A stretch of DNA of 64,000 nucleotides from Deltaproteobacteria bacterium (GCA_028344335.1 JAOMAZ010000001.1:11468-75467); one strand, 5' to 3'; shown: positions 9,252 through 18,350, counted from the stretch's first letter. Notes: generated by a model from the sequence alone, not told the origin. A program made the numbers and translations.

Positions 9252-11264
9252 ATGGTCAAGCAGGCGTTGATGCGATTAGCGGATGGAATCCCATCACAAT
9301 TGCCTGAATATCCTGCTATTGATGCTGTTATTGATCAAGCGCCAGCAAGAAAACAAATACTCTCAGCAAGAGATAAAGAATTGGCAATTCGGAATGCTTT
9401 GAGATATATCCCTGAAAAATGGCATGCAACTTTGGCTGCGGAATTCAAGCAAGAATTAGAGATATTTGGGCGCATCTTCATGATGCGTTTTAGGCCAACA
9501 GAATATGAGATGAAAGCATATCCAATCACAAATTATCCTGCAAAATGCAAACAAGCAGCGAGTATTATGCTGATGATTCAAAACAACCTTGACCCCGCAG
9601 TAGCACAATTCCCCCATCAATTAATCACTTATGGAGGCAATGGGGCGGTATTTCAAAACTGGATTCAATACCATTTGGTGATGCAATATCTAAGCCAGAT
9701 GACAGAGAATCAAAGCCTTGTCATGTATTCTGGCCACCCACTGGGACTCTTCCCTTCGCATCCCGATTCTCCACGGGTTGTCATCACCAATGGCATGGTC
9801 ATCCCAAATTATAGTTCTCAAGATAATTATGAGCGCCTAAATGCACTTGGGGTTTCCCAATATGGACAAATGACTGCGGGTTCATACATGTATATCGGAC
9901 CACAAGGAATCGTCCATGGGACAACTATCACACTGCTCAATGCAGCCCGCATGAAACTCGGCATAGCAAGTGATGCAAGCCTTGCAGGGATCTGCTACGT
10001 AACATCGGGACTAGGGGGGATGTCAGGTGCTCAAGCCAAGGCAGCGGTAATCGCTGGTTGTGTTGGTGTCATCTCAGAAGTTAACCCAATCGCAGCAAGA
10101 AAGCGCCATGAACAGGGTTGGTTAAGTGAACTCTACGAAGATGTCGACCAAGTCATCGATCGAATGTTAGAAGCAAAAGCTAACGGTGAGGCGATATCAA
10201 TCGGCCATGTTGGGAATATTGTTGACCTCTGGGAAAGACTTGTTGAGCGAGATATCCAAATCGAATTAGGCAGTGACCAAACAAGCCTACACAATCCATG
10301 GCAAGGTGGATACTTTCCCGTAGGAGTTGATTTTGAAGAAGCAAAACTGATGATGTCCCAAAACCCTTCGAGGTTCAAAAAAGAAATCCAATCCACCTTG
10401 CTAAGGCATGCAAAAGCAGTCAATACAATGGTGGAAAGAGGCACATATTTCTGGGATTATGGTAATGCCTTCTTACTTGAGGCAAGTCGAGCAGGCGCAG
10501 ATATTTGCGATGCAAACGGTGATTTTATTCATCCATCTTATGTTGAGGACATCATGGGTCCACGCTGTTTTGACCTTGGATTCGGACCCTTTCGATGGGT
10601 CTGTTGCTCGGGAAGCAAAGAAGACCTTGAGGTGACCGATAATATTGCCAAGCAGGTGCTCGAAGAAATGGCAACGACTGCTCCTTTAGAGATTCAACAG
10701 CAATTGAAGGATAATATCCAATGGATCGGCGCTGCGGGGATGAACAGGATGGTTGTTGGTAGTCAAGCAAGGATTCTCTATGCTGATGAGGAGGGCCGAA
10801 AGCGAATTGCCTCTGCATTTAATGAAGCAATAAAAGATGGAGTTATTAGTGCTGGAATCGTTTTAGGTAGAGATCATCACGATGTATCTGGGACAGATAG
10901 TCCATATCGTGAAACTGCCAATATCAAGGATGGTTCCAATCTTTGCGCTGATATGGCCATCCACAACGTCATCGGGGATTCATTTAGAGGTGCAACTTGG
11001 GTGAGTATCCACAATGGTGGAGGTGTTGGTTGGGGAGAAGTGATTAACGGTGGCTTTGGAATGTATCTCGATGGAAGTCAAGATTCTGAAAGGCGTTTGA
11101 ACTCAATGTTATCATGGGATGTCAACAACGGAATTGCTCGGCGTGCATGGGCAAGAAACCCAGAGGGAATATTTGCAATCAAGCGTGCCATGCAGAAGGA
11201 GCCTTTGCTCAAAGTTACCTTGCCAAATCTAGTAGATAACGAGATTATCGAAAATTTATTCTAA
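9252..11264 (+). CDS. hutU: Urocanate hydratase (long 670-aa type)
   Basis: YGQMTAGSYMYIGPQGIVHGT, GLGGMSGAQ, SDQTSLHN, GRDHHDVSGTDSPYRET, SIHNGGGVGWG. Confidence 0.97.
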   Translation: MVKQALMRLADGIPSQLPEYPAIDAVIDQAPARKQILSARDKELAIRNALRYIPEKWHATLAAEFKQELEIFGRIFMMRFRPTEYEMKAYPITNYPAKCKQAASIMLMIQNNLDPAVAQFPHQLITYGGNGAVFQNWIQYHLVMQYLSQMTENQSLVMYSGHPLGLFPSHPDSPRVVITNGMVIPNYSSQDNYERLNALGVSQYGQMTAGSYMYIGPQGIVHGTTITLLNAARMKLGIASDASLAGICYVTSGLGGMSGAQAKAAVIAGCVGVISEVNPIAARKRHEQGWLSELYEDVDQVIDRMLEAKANGEAISIGHVGNIVDLWERLVERDIQIELGSDQTSLHNPWQGGYFPVGVDFEEAKLMMSQNPSRFKKEIQSTLLRHAKAVNTMVERGTYFWDYGNAFLLEASRAGADICDANGDFIHPSYVEDIMGPRCFDLGFGPFRWVCCSGSKEDLEVTDNIAKQVLEEMATTAPLEIQQQLKDNIQWIGAAGMNRMVVGSQARILYADEEGRKRIASAFNEAIKDGVISAGIVLGRDHHDVSGTDSPYRETANIKDGSNLCADMAIHNVIGDSFRGATWVSIHNGGGVGWGEVINGGFGMYLDGSQDSERRLNSMLSWDVNNGIARRAWARNPEGIFAIKRAMQKEPLLKVTLPNLVDNEIIENLF

Positions 11265-11276
11265 GGAGGAAGATGT

Positions 11277-12809
11277 ATGGAAATAGAACTTGACGGAAGA
11301 AACCTAAGCATGGAAGAACTACTCCTTGTAGCAACCGGTGTTGCTGATGCAATTATTTCTGAAACAGCCAAAACAGGGATTGAAGCAGCAACAAAAACAG
11401 TTGAAGGCATCATTGAGAGAGGAGAAGTAGCCTATGGAATCAACACAGGGTTCGGGGCTCTTTGCAATACGAGTATCGACTCCTCTAAACTGGGGGACTT
11501 ACAAGCAAACCTGATTCGAAGCCATGCCTGTGGGATAGGAGAAGCCATGGAAGTAGTGCCGGTAAGGGCAATGATGTGTGCCCGTGCGAACTCATTATGC
11601 CGAGGTAATAGCGGTATTAGAATCGAAGTTATCCAAAGAATTCTCGACATGCTAAATCTTGGCCTAACACCTGTTGTTCCTAGAATTGGTTCCCTTGGAG
11701 CCTCTGGGGACCTTGCGCCTCTTTCCCATGTTGCTTTGACTATCATGGGAGAAGGCAGCGTAATTGACCAATACGGAGAATTCTATGATACTGCTCAGGC
11801 ATTGGCTAATAACGATTTGAAGCCAATTCAACTCCAAGCAAAGGAAGGACTTTCTCTAATTAATGGGACTAGTCAAATCCTTTCTTGGCTAACTATTTCT
11901 CACGCCATCCTAAGCGATCTTTTGCCGTTGGCAGACCTAATTCTCTCAACCTCAATCGAGGCATTAAGCGGCTCTATTGCACCAAGTGATGAACGCATAC
12001 ATACAGCAAGGCCTCACCCTGGTCAAGCGCTTGTTGCTAATCGAATTCTAAGAGCCCTAAACAATTCTGAAATCAATCAAGCCCATGCAGATTGTGATAA
12101 AGTTCAGGATCCATACTCCTTTCGATGCGCTCCACAAGTACATGGACCTGCAAATGAAGTCCTTCAAAGGCTAGGTGATGTGATAACAATAGAATTGAAT
12201 TCTGCAACAGATAACCCACTGATTTTTCCAGAACCAAATAACCCTGGTCCACACGAAGTCGTTAGTGGTGGAAACTTCCATGGAGAGATACTCGCCCTAA
12301 CCGCAGATGCAATGAATGCCGCTGTTCATGAAATTGCCAGCATTAGTGAGAGGAGAATGGACACCCTCTTGGATACAAAACGTAGTGGACTTCCTGCCTT
12401 CTTAGCCAATGAAAGCGGCCTTGAATCTGGAATGATGATTGTGCAATATGCAGCCGTAGCTGCAATCGCTGACCTTCGCGCCCACTTAGGACCTCATACC
12501 ACCTTTAGCCTCTCAACCTCAGCCAATCAAGAAGACCATGTTAGTATGGGTGCCACTGCTGCTTGGCATCTCTTCCAAAGCGCCCAAAGGCTAGCAGATA
12601 TCCTGTCCTGTGAAGCAATAATCGCTTGTGAAGGGTTGGAGCACCATCAAGAAAAGGCAGGAGATGGCGTGGATGCGCTCTACAAGCACGTTAGAACATT
12701 GGTAGAGCCATTACAGGGAGACCGCTCATTAGCAGGTGAAATGGCCGATTTAGCTAATGATTTCCTCAATGGAATTGGGGATGAAAATATTCACCCTTAC
12801 CTTGAGTGA
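11277..12809 (+). CDS. hutH: Histidine ammonia-lyase
   Basis: YGINTGFG, LIRSHACG, MIO motif GSLGASGDLAPL, KEGLSLING, QDPYSFRCAPQVHG, GGNFHG, NQEDHVSMG. Confidence 0.96.
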   Translation: MEIELDGRNLSMEELLLVATGVADAIISETAKTGIEAATKTVEGIIERGEVAYGINTGFGALCNTSIDSSKLGDLQANLIRSHACGIGEAMEVVPVRAMMCARANSLCRGNSGIRIEVIQRILDMLNLGLTPVVPRIGSLGASGDLAPLSHVALTIMGEGSVIDQYGEFYDTAQALANNDLKPIQLQAKEGLSLINGTSQILSWLTISHAILSDLLPLADLILSTSIEALSGSIAPSDERIHTARPHPGQALVANRILRALNNSEINQAHADCDKVQDPYSFRCAPQVHGPANEVLQRLGDVITIELNSATDNPLIFPEPNNPGPHEVVSGGNFHGEILALTADAMNAAVHEIASISERRMDTLLDTKRSGLPAFLANESGLESGMMIVQYAAVAAIADLRAHLGPHTTFSLSTSANQEDHVSMGATAAWHLFQSAQRLADILSCEAIIACEGLEHHQEKAGDGVDALYKHVRTLVEPLQGDRSLAGEMADLANDFLNGIGDENIHPYLE

Positions 12810-13781
12810 TTAATCATCCAACAAGATATCAAGAGAATTCCAAACTTCGCGTATTCCGGTCAACTGTCTAATCCTGAAGCGGAATGCTGTGGCGTTTGAG
12901 ATATCTCCTCGAGACATCAATAAGTCCACGCGGCGGTCTAATTCAACCGCTAATCGCACCTTTTCTTCCACAACACGATATAGTGCATAGGCATGTTCCA
13001 TATCCTGATATTTTAGAGCAGGTTCCAACTCACTAACGTCGAAGCCCATTCGCCTCCAAGCCAATATCCGTCTGCGCAAAATTGCAGTAGTAAAACCAGC
13101 AGATGGTAGGCGAGTTAGGTGACTCAGTTTTGCCGAGCCGTCTTCATGTACCTCCACTTCTGAAGTTGTTTCAACTACCTCTTCCGATGCTTCAACTTCT
13201 TCTTCATGAATAATGACCTCGTCAATTGCAGCCTCAGGTAGTTCCCAAACAGGCGCCTCACGTCTTAAACGAGCGATTTCTGTTGTCATAAACGCCTTTG
13301 GTTCAACTGGACAAACAAGCCTCCATGTAGTTGCAGAAATATCATCTGACATTGAACGTAAAAAAGTCAAAACCGCTGCAAATCCATGCAGGCTCATCAA
13401 ATGTTCGACCCCGTCTAAAACGATTATACCAGACTTCTCAGATATCCTCTCTCTAATTTTCATCGCCAAACGCTCAAGACTTGGACTAACGGCACTCGGA
13501 GAATCTCGTTCAGTCAACCAACCTACTTCAACAGTATTGATATCAATCTTGCCAATCAAGCGACGAGGCGGTAATCTAGTTAGCAATAATGAATGATAAC
13601 CCGATGAATTCACCAAGTCTAGCCATTCAAACATGGCCTCCATTCCCTCTTCCAAAAGGTGGGTTGAGCCACCCTCTGGCAGAAGCCCCATACCGCTGCG
13701 ATGCTCCGCCATCATACCTCGCCCCTTGTTGACGGCTCTTGACCATGACGCCCATAAGAATAGAATGGTCAGTATTCCCAC
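12810..13781 (-). CDS. DUF835-domain protein (inactive KaiC/RecA-like domain) with C-terminal helical domain
   Basis: LLLTRLPP, WLTE....VSPSLERL, IIVLDGVEHL...GF..VL.FL....D, L..PV.P.A.....IARLRRE resemble DUF835; start may instead be near 13715. Confidence 0.7.
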   Translation of the reverse strand: MGILTILFLWASWSRAVNKGRGMMAEHRSGMGLLPEGGSTHLLEEGMEAMFEWLDLVNSSGYHSLLLTRLPPRRLIGKIDINTVEVGWLTERDSPSAVSPSLERLAMKIRERISEKSGIIVLDGVEHLMSLHGFAAVLTFLRSMSDDISATTWRLVCPVEPKAFMTTEIARLRREAPVWELPEAAIDEVIIHEEEVEASEEVVETTSEVEVHEDGSAKLSHLTRLPSAGFTTAILRRRILAWRRMGFDVSELEPALKYQDMEHAYALYRVVEEKVRLAVELDRRVDLLMSRGDISNATAFRFRIRQLTGIREVWNSLDILLDD

Positions 13782-13845
13782 TGCTGGTGCACTTTCATCC
13801 GCATATCATTATAACGTGCATTGAAGTGCCGAGAATGGGTTCTCT

Positions 13846-15675
13846 ATGTCTGGAAATGATGATGCGAACGATGGAATGGCAGAATGCGGCGCATGTAGGG
13901 CCGTAGTACCGGTTGACTCAGAGGAATGTCCAGGTTGCGGAATATCCTTTACTGGAGTCAGTGAAACAAGTCTTGGAGAATGTGGGGCTTGTGGCGCATT
14001 AGTCGCTTTGGAAAGCAAAGCATGCCCTCAATGCGGCGTTGTTTTCGTAGCAGATGATGTCATTTCCATCCTTGGAGACTGGCTTTCAGCCACCGGATTA
14101 ACAGTGGCAGACCTATTCAAGCGATTCGATGAAAACGAAGATGGCGTTATCGAAGCACACGAATTCAAGAGCGGCCTGTTGGCACTCAATATTGCTGATC
14201 TCCCAGAATCTCAAGTTGACCGCCTAGTCAAAGCACTCGATGATGACGGAAATGGCGTTATCGACCTAGAAGAACTTGAATCTACATTCTCATCACCTGA
14301 CAATGCTCCCGCTAAGGATGTTGGACCAGAAGAAGAAGAAACTACTGAGGAAGACTCAAACGAAGAGGAGGAAGACTCAAACGAAGAGAGTGAAGAGTCG
14401 GTTGAGGAAGAAGATTCCGCAGAAGAGGACGAAGAGGAAAGTTCCGATGACAAAGCTGAAGAAACTGCCGAGGAAGACTCAAGTGAAGAAGAAGAGGAAA
14501 GTTCTGATGGCGAAGAGGAAACTACAGAGGAAGACTCAAGCGAAGGGGATGAAGATGATTCAACTGAGGATGAAGATGATTCAACTGAGGATGAAGAAGA
14601 AATCCCCGACACACCTTTAGCACGTATGGTTAAGAATTTCAAAGATGCAGGATATAGCGTCAAAGAAGCCTTCGAGCATATGGATGTAAACAATGATGGT
14701 GAAATCGACGGCGAAGAGATGACAAAAGCCCTAGCAGAATTCGGCGGTGGTACCATCGATGAAGAGGATGTTAGTGCAGTAATGGAAGAATTAGACCTAG
14801 ATGAGAATGGAGTTATTACCCTTGACGAGCTAATGGTAGCATTTGGAGTTCCAGCCGAAGAAGAGCCTGAGGAGGATGAAAAGCCTAAGGAAGAATCCAA
14901 GCCAGAGAAGGAGTTTCCCACCGACCTTCAAAAGAAATTGATGTCAAAGAAAGCCAACGATATCTTTTGGCCAATAATGCACACTTTATTCGCTGTATTC
15001 GCATTACTCTGGGTACTAAATGGAATGGGTACATTCGTAGATGGCGAAGGTGGCAGCATAGAATTTGAAGGAAAAACCGTTGCTTGCGACACTGATTTTC
15101 ATGGAAAGTGTAAAAATTCACTAACACCATTTTCAGGAGATGGTTTGACATCTTCAATGCCTGCCGCATTCTATGCTGATGGAATCATCTTCATGATTCT
15201 TGGTTTCTCGGGTCTAGGTGCAAGTCTCTATGCACACTTGATTTTGATGAAAGCCTGGAGAGCCAAAGTAAAAGGCGACGAGGGTGACGATGAAGTAGCT
15301 AAAGAAGAGGATTCAGATTCAAAAGAAGATTCAGATTCAAAGGAAGATGAAGATTCTGATGATGAGTCCGATGACGATGATGAGTCCGATGACGATGATG
15401 AGTCTGATGACGATGATGAGTCCGATGACGACGATGAATCCGATGACGACGATGACGACGATGAATCCGATGACGACGATGAATCCGATGACGATGATGA
15501 GTCCGATGACGATGATGACATCGATGTAGGTTCGAGAGTCGGAGTTGAAGTTGACGGTGAAGAGATCTTTGGAACCATCATTTCATTCGATGATGATGAA
15601 GATACAGTCACCATAGAAGACGAGGAAACTGGCGATGAAATCGAGGCTCCTCAAGACACCATGTTCTTGGAGTGA
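13846..15675 (+). CDS. Zinc-ribbon / EF-hand acidic membrane protein
   Basis: Four CxxC pairs at the N-terminus; four EF-hand loops (DENEDGVIEAHE, DDDGNGVIDLEE, DVNNDGEIDGEE, DLDENGVITLDE); two hydrophobic segments; long D/E tracts. Confidence 0.8.
   Translation: MSGNDDANDGMAECGACRAVVPVDSEECPGCGISFTGVSETSLGECGACGALVALESKACPQCGVVFVADDVISILGDWLSATGLTVADLFKRFDENEDGVIEAHEFKSGLLALNIADLPESQVDRLVKALDDDGNGVIDLEELESTFSSPDNAPAKDVGPEEEETTEEDSNEEEEDSNEESEESVEEEDSAEEDEEESSDDKAEETAEEDSSEEEEESSDGEEETTEEDSSEGDEDDSTEDEDDSTEDEEEIPDTPLARMVKNFKDAGYSVKEAFEHMDVNNDGEIDGEEMTKALAEFGGGTIDEEDVSAVMEELDLDENGVITLDELMVAFGVPAEEEPEEDEKPKEESKPEKEFPTDLQKKLMSKKANDIFWPIMHTLFAVFALLWVLNGMGTFVDGEGGSIEFEGKTVACDTDFHGKCKNSLTPFSGDGLTSSMPAAFYADGIIFMILGFSGLGASLYAHLILMKAWRAKVKGDEGDDEVAKEEDSDSKEDSDSKEDEDSDDESDDDDESDDDDESDDDDESDDDDESDDDDDDDESDDDDESDDDDESDDDDDIDVGSRVGVEVDGEEIFGTIISFDDDEDTVTIEDEETGDEIEAPQDTMFLE
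14548..14589 (+). repeat. 21-bp tandem duplication in an acidic linker
   Basis: GATGAAGATGATTCAACTGAG twice (DEDDSTE). Confidence 0.85.
15355..15520 (+). repeat. In-frame 18-bp tandem repeat encoding SDDDDE
   Basis: About 8-9 near-identical TCCGATGACGATGATGAG units inside the EF-hand protein. Confidence 0.9.
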
Positions 15676-15679
15676 GGTC

Positions 15680-16045
15680 ATGGACCTGCTATCCGTCTTC
15701 GACGGACTAAGTGCCTGTCCATTATGTGGAACTTTACAAAAATCAGGAATGTCTCGATGCCCTGAATGTGGTACTTTCAATACATCAACTCAATTTGAAG
15801 AGCGACCTATTCCACACGTAGAAGATCGGATTAAAACGACTCCAGCAGACCCTACTCAATACAGCCTAAACCCAAATATTGAAATCCCAATTGATGACAA
15901 TGTAGAGGTTGAAGATATGACAACCTCATGGGGTGGCGGAAATACAAATTTTGGCCTCGGCGATGATGAAATCGATACAACGAGGGATGTTGACCTGAAA
16001 TCTCTGAATATCCCCTCTGCTGAAACTCTATTTGAAGAAGAATAA
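15680..16045 (+). CDS. Small zinc-ribbon hypothetical protein
   Basis: CPLCG...CPECG followed by an acidic tail; ATG 15680 after GAGGT, 4 nt after the upstream stop. Confidence 0.7.
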   Translation: MDLLSVFDGLSACPLCGTLQKSGMSRCPECGTFNTSTQFEERPIPHVEDRIKTTPADPTQYSLNPNIEIPIDDNVEVEDMTTSWGGGNTNFGLGDDEIDTTRDVDLKSLNIPSAETLFEEE

Positions 16046-16152
16046 AAAACTATTAGTGAGATGGCATTTTAATAAACTATTATTAGTAATTCAATGATGC
16101 TGGAATATCGGAGTATTCATATCTAAAAGTCCAATCGAGGAGATTGATTCGC

Positions 16153-16305
16153 ATGGCTGAGTATCAAGGATTCTGTCTGAAATGCAAGACATATGGACCA
16201 ATTAATAATCACGAGCACTTCACTATGAGCAATGGCAGAAAGCGCGTAGCTGGCTCATGTAGTGGAAAGGGATGCACTGGTAGAATCTCTAAAATTATCG
16301 CTTAA
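16153..16305 (+). CDS. Small basic Zn-finger protein (DUF5679/Cren7-like), 50 aa
   Basis: Manual translation MAEYQGFCLKCKTYGPINNHEHFTMSNGRKRVAGSCSGKGCTGRISKIIA; FCxKC...TMxNGR...GxC...C pattern; GAGG upstream; below the ORF-track cutoff. Confidence 0.75.
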   Translation: MAEYQGFCLKCKTYGPINNHEHFTMSNGRKRVAGSCSGKGCTGRISKIIA

Positions 16306-16371
16306 TTCTCATCTCTGCTAAATGGCTTAACCAATTCAAATAAATATACGCGCTCTATCGATTAACTCAGC

Positions 16372-16447
16372 GGGCTCGTGGTCTAGGGGTCATGACGTTG
16401 CCTTGACATGGCAAAGATCGCCAGTTCAATTCTGGCCGAGCCCACCA
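16372..16447 (+). tRNA. tRNA-Val(GAC)
   Basis: Acceptor stem GGGCTCG/CGAGCCC, anticodon arm TTGCC-TTGACAT-GGCAA, T-loop GTTCAATT, encoded CCA; AT-rich TATA-like AATAAATATA about 25-30 nt upstream. Confidence 0.96.
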
Positions 16448-16634
16448 ATAATATCGAACAACACGATTTCTAAGTGTCGAAAATCTTGGTTGGCAACAAA
16501 CACCAATTTCCTCCCCCTAGGGGGGGATGAAGGCCTATATTTTACTCTCATCAATAATTATATCTTGTTAAACGCATGACTGCAAGGCTATTGGTGGAAA
16601 ATTATGAAGTCCTCAAACTTCCAAAATAAAAATA

Positions 16635-16662
16635 AAGGCGTATAATACATATTATACGCCCC
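16635..16662. other. Putative dif-like site (Xer tyrosine-recombinase target)
   Basis: AAGGCGTATAA-TACATA-TTATACGCCCC: 11-6-11 layout with 9-bp perfect inverted arms and the ATAA-N6-TTAT core of dif sites, in an AT-rich intergenic region. Confidence 0.6.
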
Positions 16663-16688
16663 CCCTGCTATCGTTTTTTCTTCAATAA

Positions 16689-16988
16689 TCAGAAATCTTC
16701 GCTATCAACAACAAAAATCCCGACCAAAGGAGGTCCATTCAGCACAACTTCCAGTCCGCCATCCTTTTCATCTAATTCTGAAACAGACCTCATCGCCACT
16801 CCTATCGCCTGCTCCTTCTCGTAAAGAGCTTGTAACAAAAATGTCCCTGCAGTATTAGCCGACTCGCCAACCCATGATCGAAGACAACCTGGTGATTCTT
16901 TTCGAAGTAAAGAGCGGACTTTCAACATTCTACGTAACCGAGCAGCATATCCATCCTTGCTAACCAATACTACAGTTTCCAACCACAT
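16689..16988 (-). CDS. Hypothetical protein
   Basis: 99-aa ORF with no competing ORF and no recognised motif. Confidence 0.45.
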   Translation of the reverse strand: MWLETVVLVSKDGYAARLRRMLKVRSLLRKESPGCLRSWVGESANTAGTFLLQALYEKEQAIGVAMRSVSELDEKDGGLEVVLNGPPLVGIFVVDSEDF

Positions 16989-17069
16989 ATCATCACGTTT
17001 GATTTAACCTTAAACTTCGAATTAATTTCTTTTCTACTAAACACATTATATTATTACTTTAATCTTAAT

Positions 17070-18350
17070 TCAATGAAGTAAGAACTCGCCCCCAACAAGA
17101 GTTCCGACAAATGGTGAATGCCCGGGCCGAGAACACCAAGCCTCCCAATTTGGAGAATCTAGGATGTTCAAATTTGCAGCGCCACCAACGACGATTTGGC
17201 CGTGCGTCAAATCTGCATCATGCATGACATTCTCAGCCGGGTTTCGAGAAACTGCTACTAGTGAAGCAAGAGGGTCAATTCCCATCCTCTGAGAAAGTAA
17301 AGAACCAATAAATGGTAAAGACAGTGTCCGGCAATTGGGATTGTAATCGCTAGCAGCACACCAAGCCCACTCTTCATCAATGCATTGTTGCGCAGGAGGG
17401 AAATGTGTCTCCCCCATTGAATAAGGGGTCGCTGGCAAGAAACATTGCATGCTGTTAGCATCATTAGCAGCAGCCCGTGCTTCATCAGAACTCCAATGAG
17501 CATGATCGCCAGATTGGGAGCCCAATTCAGCCGCTAATGCAAGCCCCCCGCCATCCACAAACTCATCTACATGAAGTCGGATGTCCATACCTCCAGCCTT
17601 GGCTGCTTTGCAAAGCTCCTCAGTCTCTTCAATACTAAACCAACCAGGCTCACAAAACACATCAGCAGAACGCGCCATCCCAGAATCAAGCACTGCGGGT
17701 AATTGTTCAGAAAGAAGCTCTTCGAAATAGTCACTACGGCTCATGTTTGGAGGAGCGGCATGGGCACCTAACCAAGTAGAATCAATAGAAAGGCCATGTA
17801 AAGAAACTGCGGCCTCCAATAAACGCAATTCTGAGTCCGTATTCAAGCCATAACCACTCTTTACCTCCAAAGCAGTCGTGCCATGACGTAAGGCCATCTC
17901 CATACGTGAAAGGCCACATTCCAACAAAGACTCCATGCTCATCTCCCTTGTTGCAGCAACAGTACTTGCAATACCGCCGCCTCTAGCAGCAATATCTGCA
18001 TATGACATCCCATTCAGGCGCCAGCGTAATTCACGAGAGCGATCCCCCCCCCATAGTAAGTGAGTATGTGCATCGACCAAGCCTGGTATTACTGCCCTAC
18101 CTCCTACTTCCAAGACCTGATGACCATTGATATCAACAAAATTAAGTTCATTTCCTCGAAGTCCTCCGAGGTATTCATCGCGTAGGTTTTCAGAATCTCC
18201 GATTCTGGTGATTATACCATTATCAACAACGATACCCATTCCACTTGAAGATACTAATAACTCATCATTAGACATGGATGACCCACGAAGTGGACCCTCT
18301 CCACCAGAAAGATGTGCCAATGGACCAAGGTCCAATAACAGACTCGCCAT
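17070..18350 (-). CDS. hutI: Imidazolonepropionase
   Basis: PGLVDAHTHL, GGGIASTV.ATR, EVKSGYGL, LGAHA, DVFCE, LHVDEF, ASDYNPN. Confidence 0.93.
   Translation of the reverse strand: MASLLLDLGPLAHLSGGEGPLRGSSMSNDELLVSSSGMGIVVDNGIITRIGDSENLRDEYLGGLRGNELNFVDINGHQVLEVGGRAVIPGLVDAHTHLLWGGDRSRELRWRLNGMSYADIAARGGGIASTVAATREMSMESLLECGLSRMEMALRHGTTALEVKSGYGLNTDSELRLLEAAVSLHGLSIDSTWLGAHAAPPNMSRSDYFEELLSEQLPAVLDSGMARSADVFCEPGWFSIEETEELCKAAKAGGMDIRLHVDEFVDGGGLALAAELGSQSGDHAHWSSDEARAAANDANSMQCFLPATPYSMGETHFPPAQQCIDEEWAWCAASDYNPNCRTLSLPFIGSLLSQRMGIDPLASLVAVSRNPAENVMHDADLTHGQIVVGGAANLNILDSPNWEAWCSRPGHSPFVGTLVGGEFLLH

Noticed and set aside
15355..15520. Tandem repeat considered as a CRISPR array
   Set aside because: Units abut without unique spacers, are in-frame coding, and no cas genes are present.
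14211..15614. Long Ser-rich reverse-strand ORFs (236 aa and 128 aa) and Met/Lys-rich alternative frames
   Set aside because: Shadow frames of the Asp/Glu-rich repeats in the EF-hand protein.
16448..17069. Integrated element at tRNA-Val
   Set aside because: No integrase, and no duplicated tRNA 3' end was found by eye elsewhere in the window.
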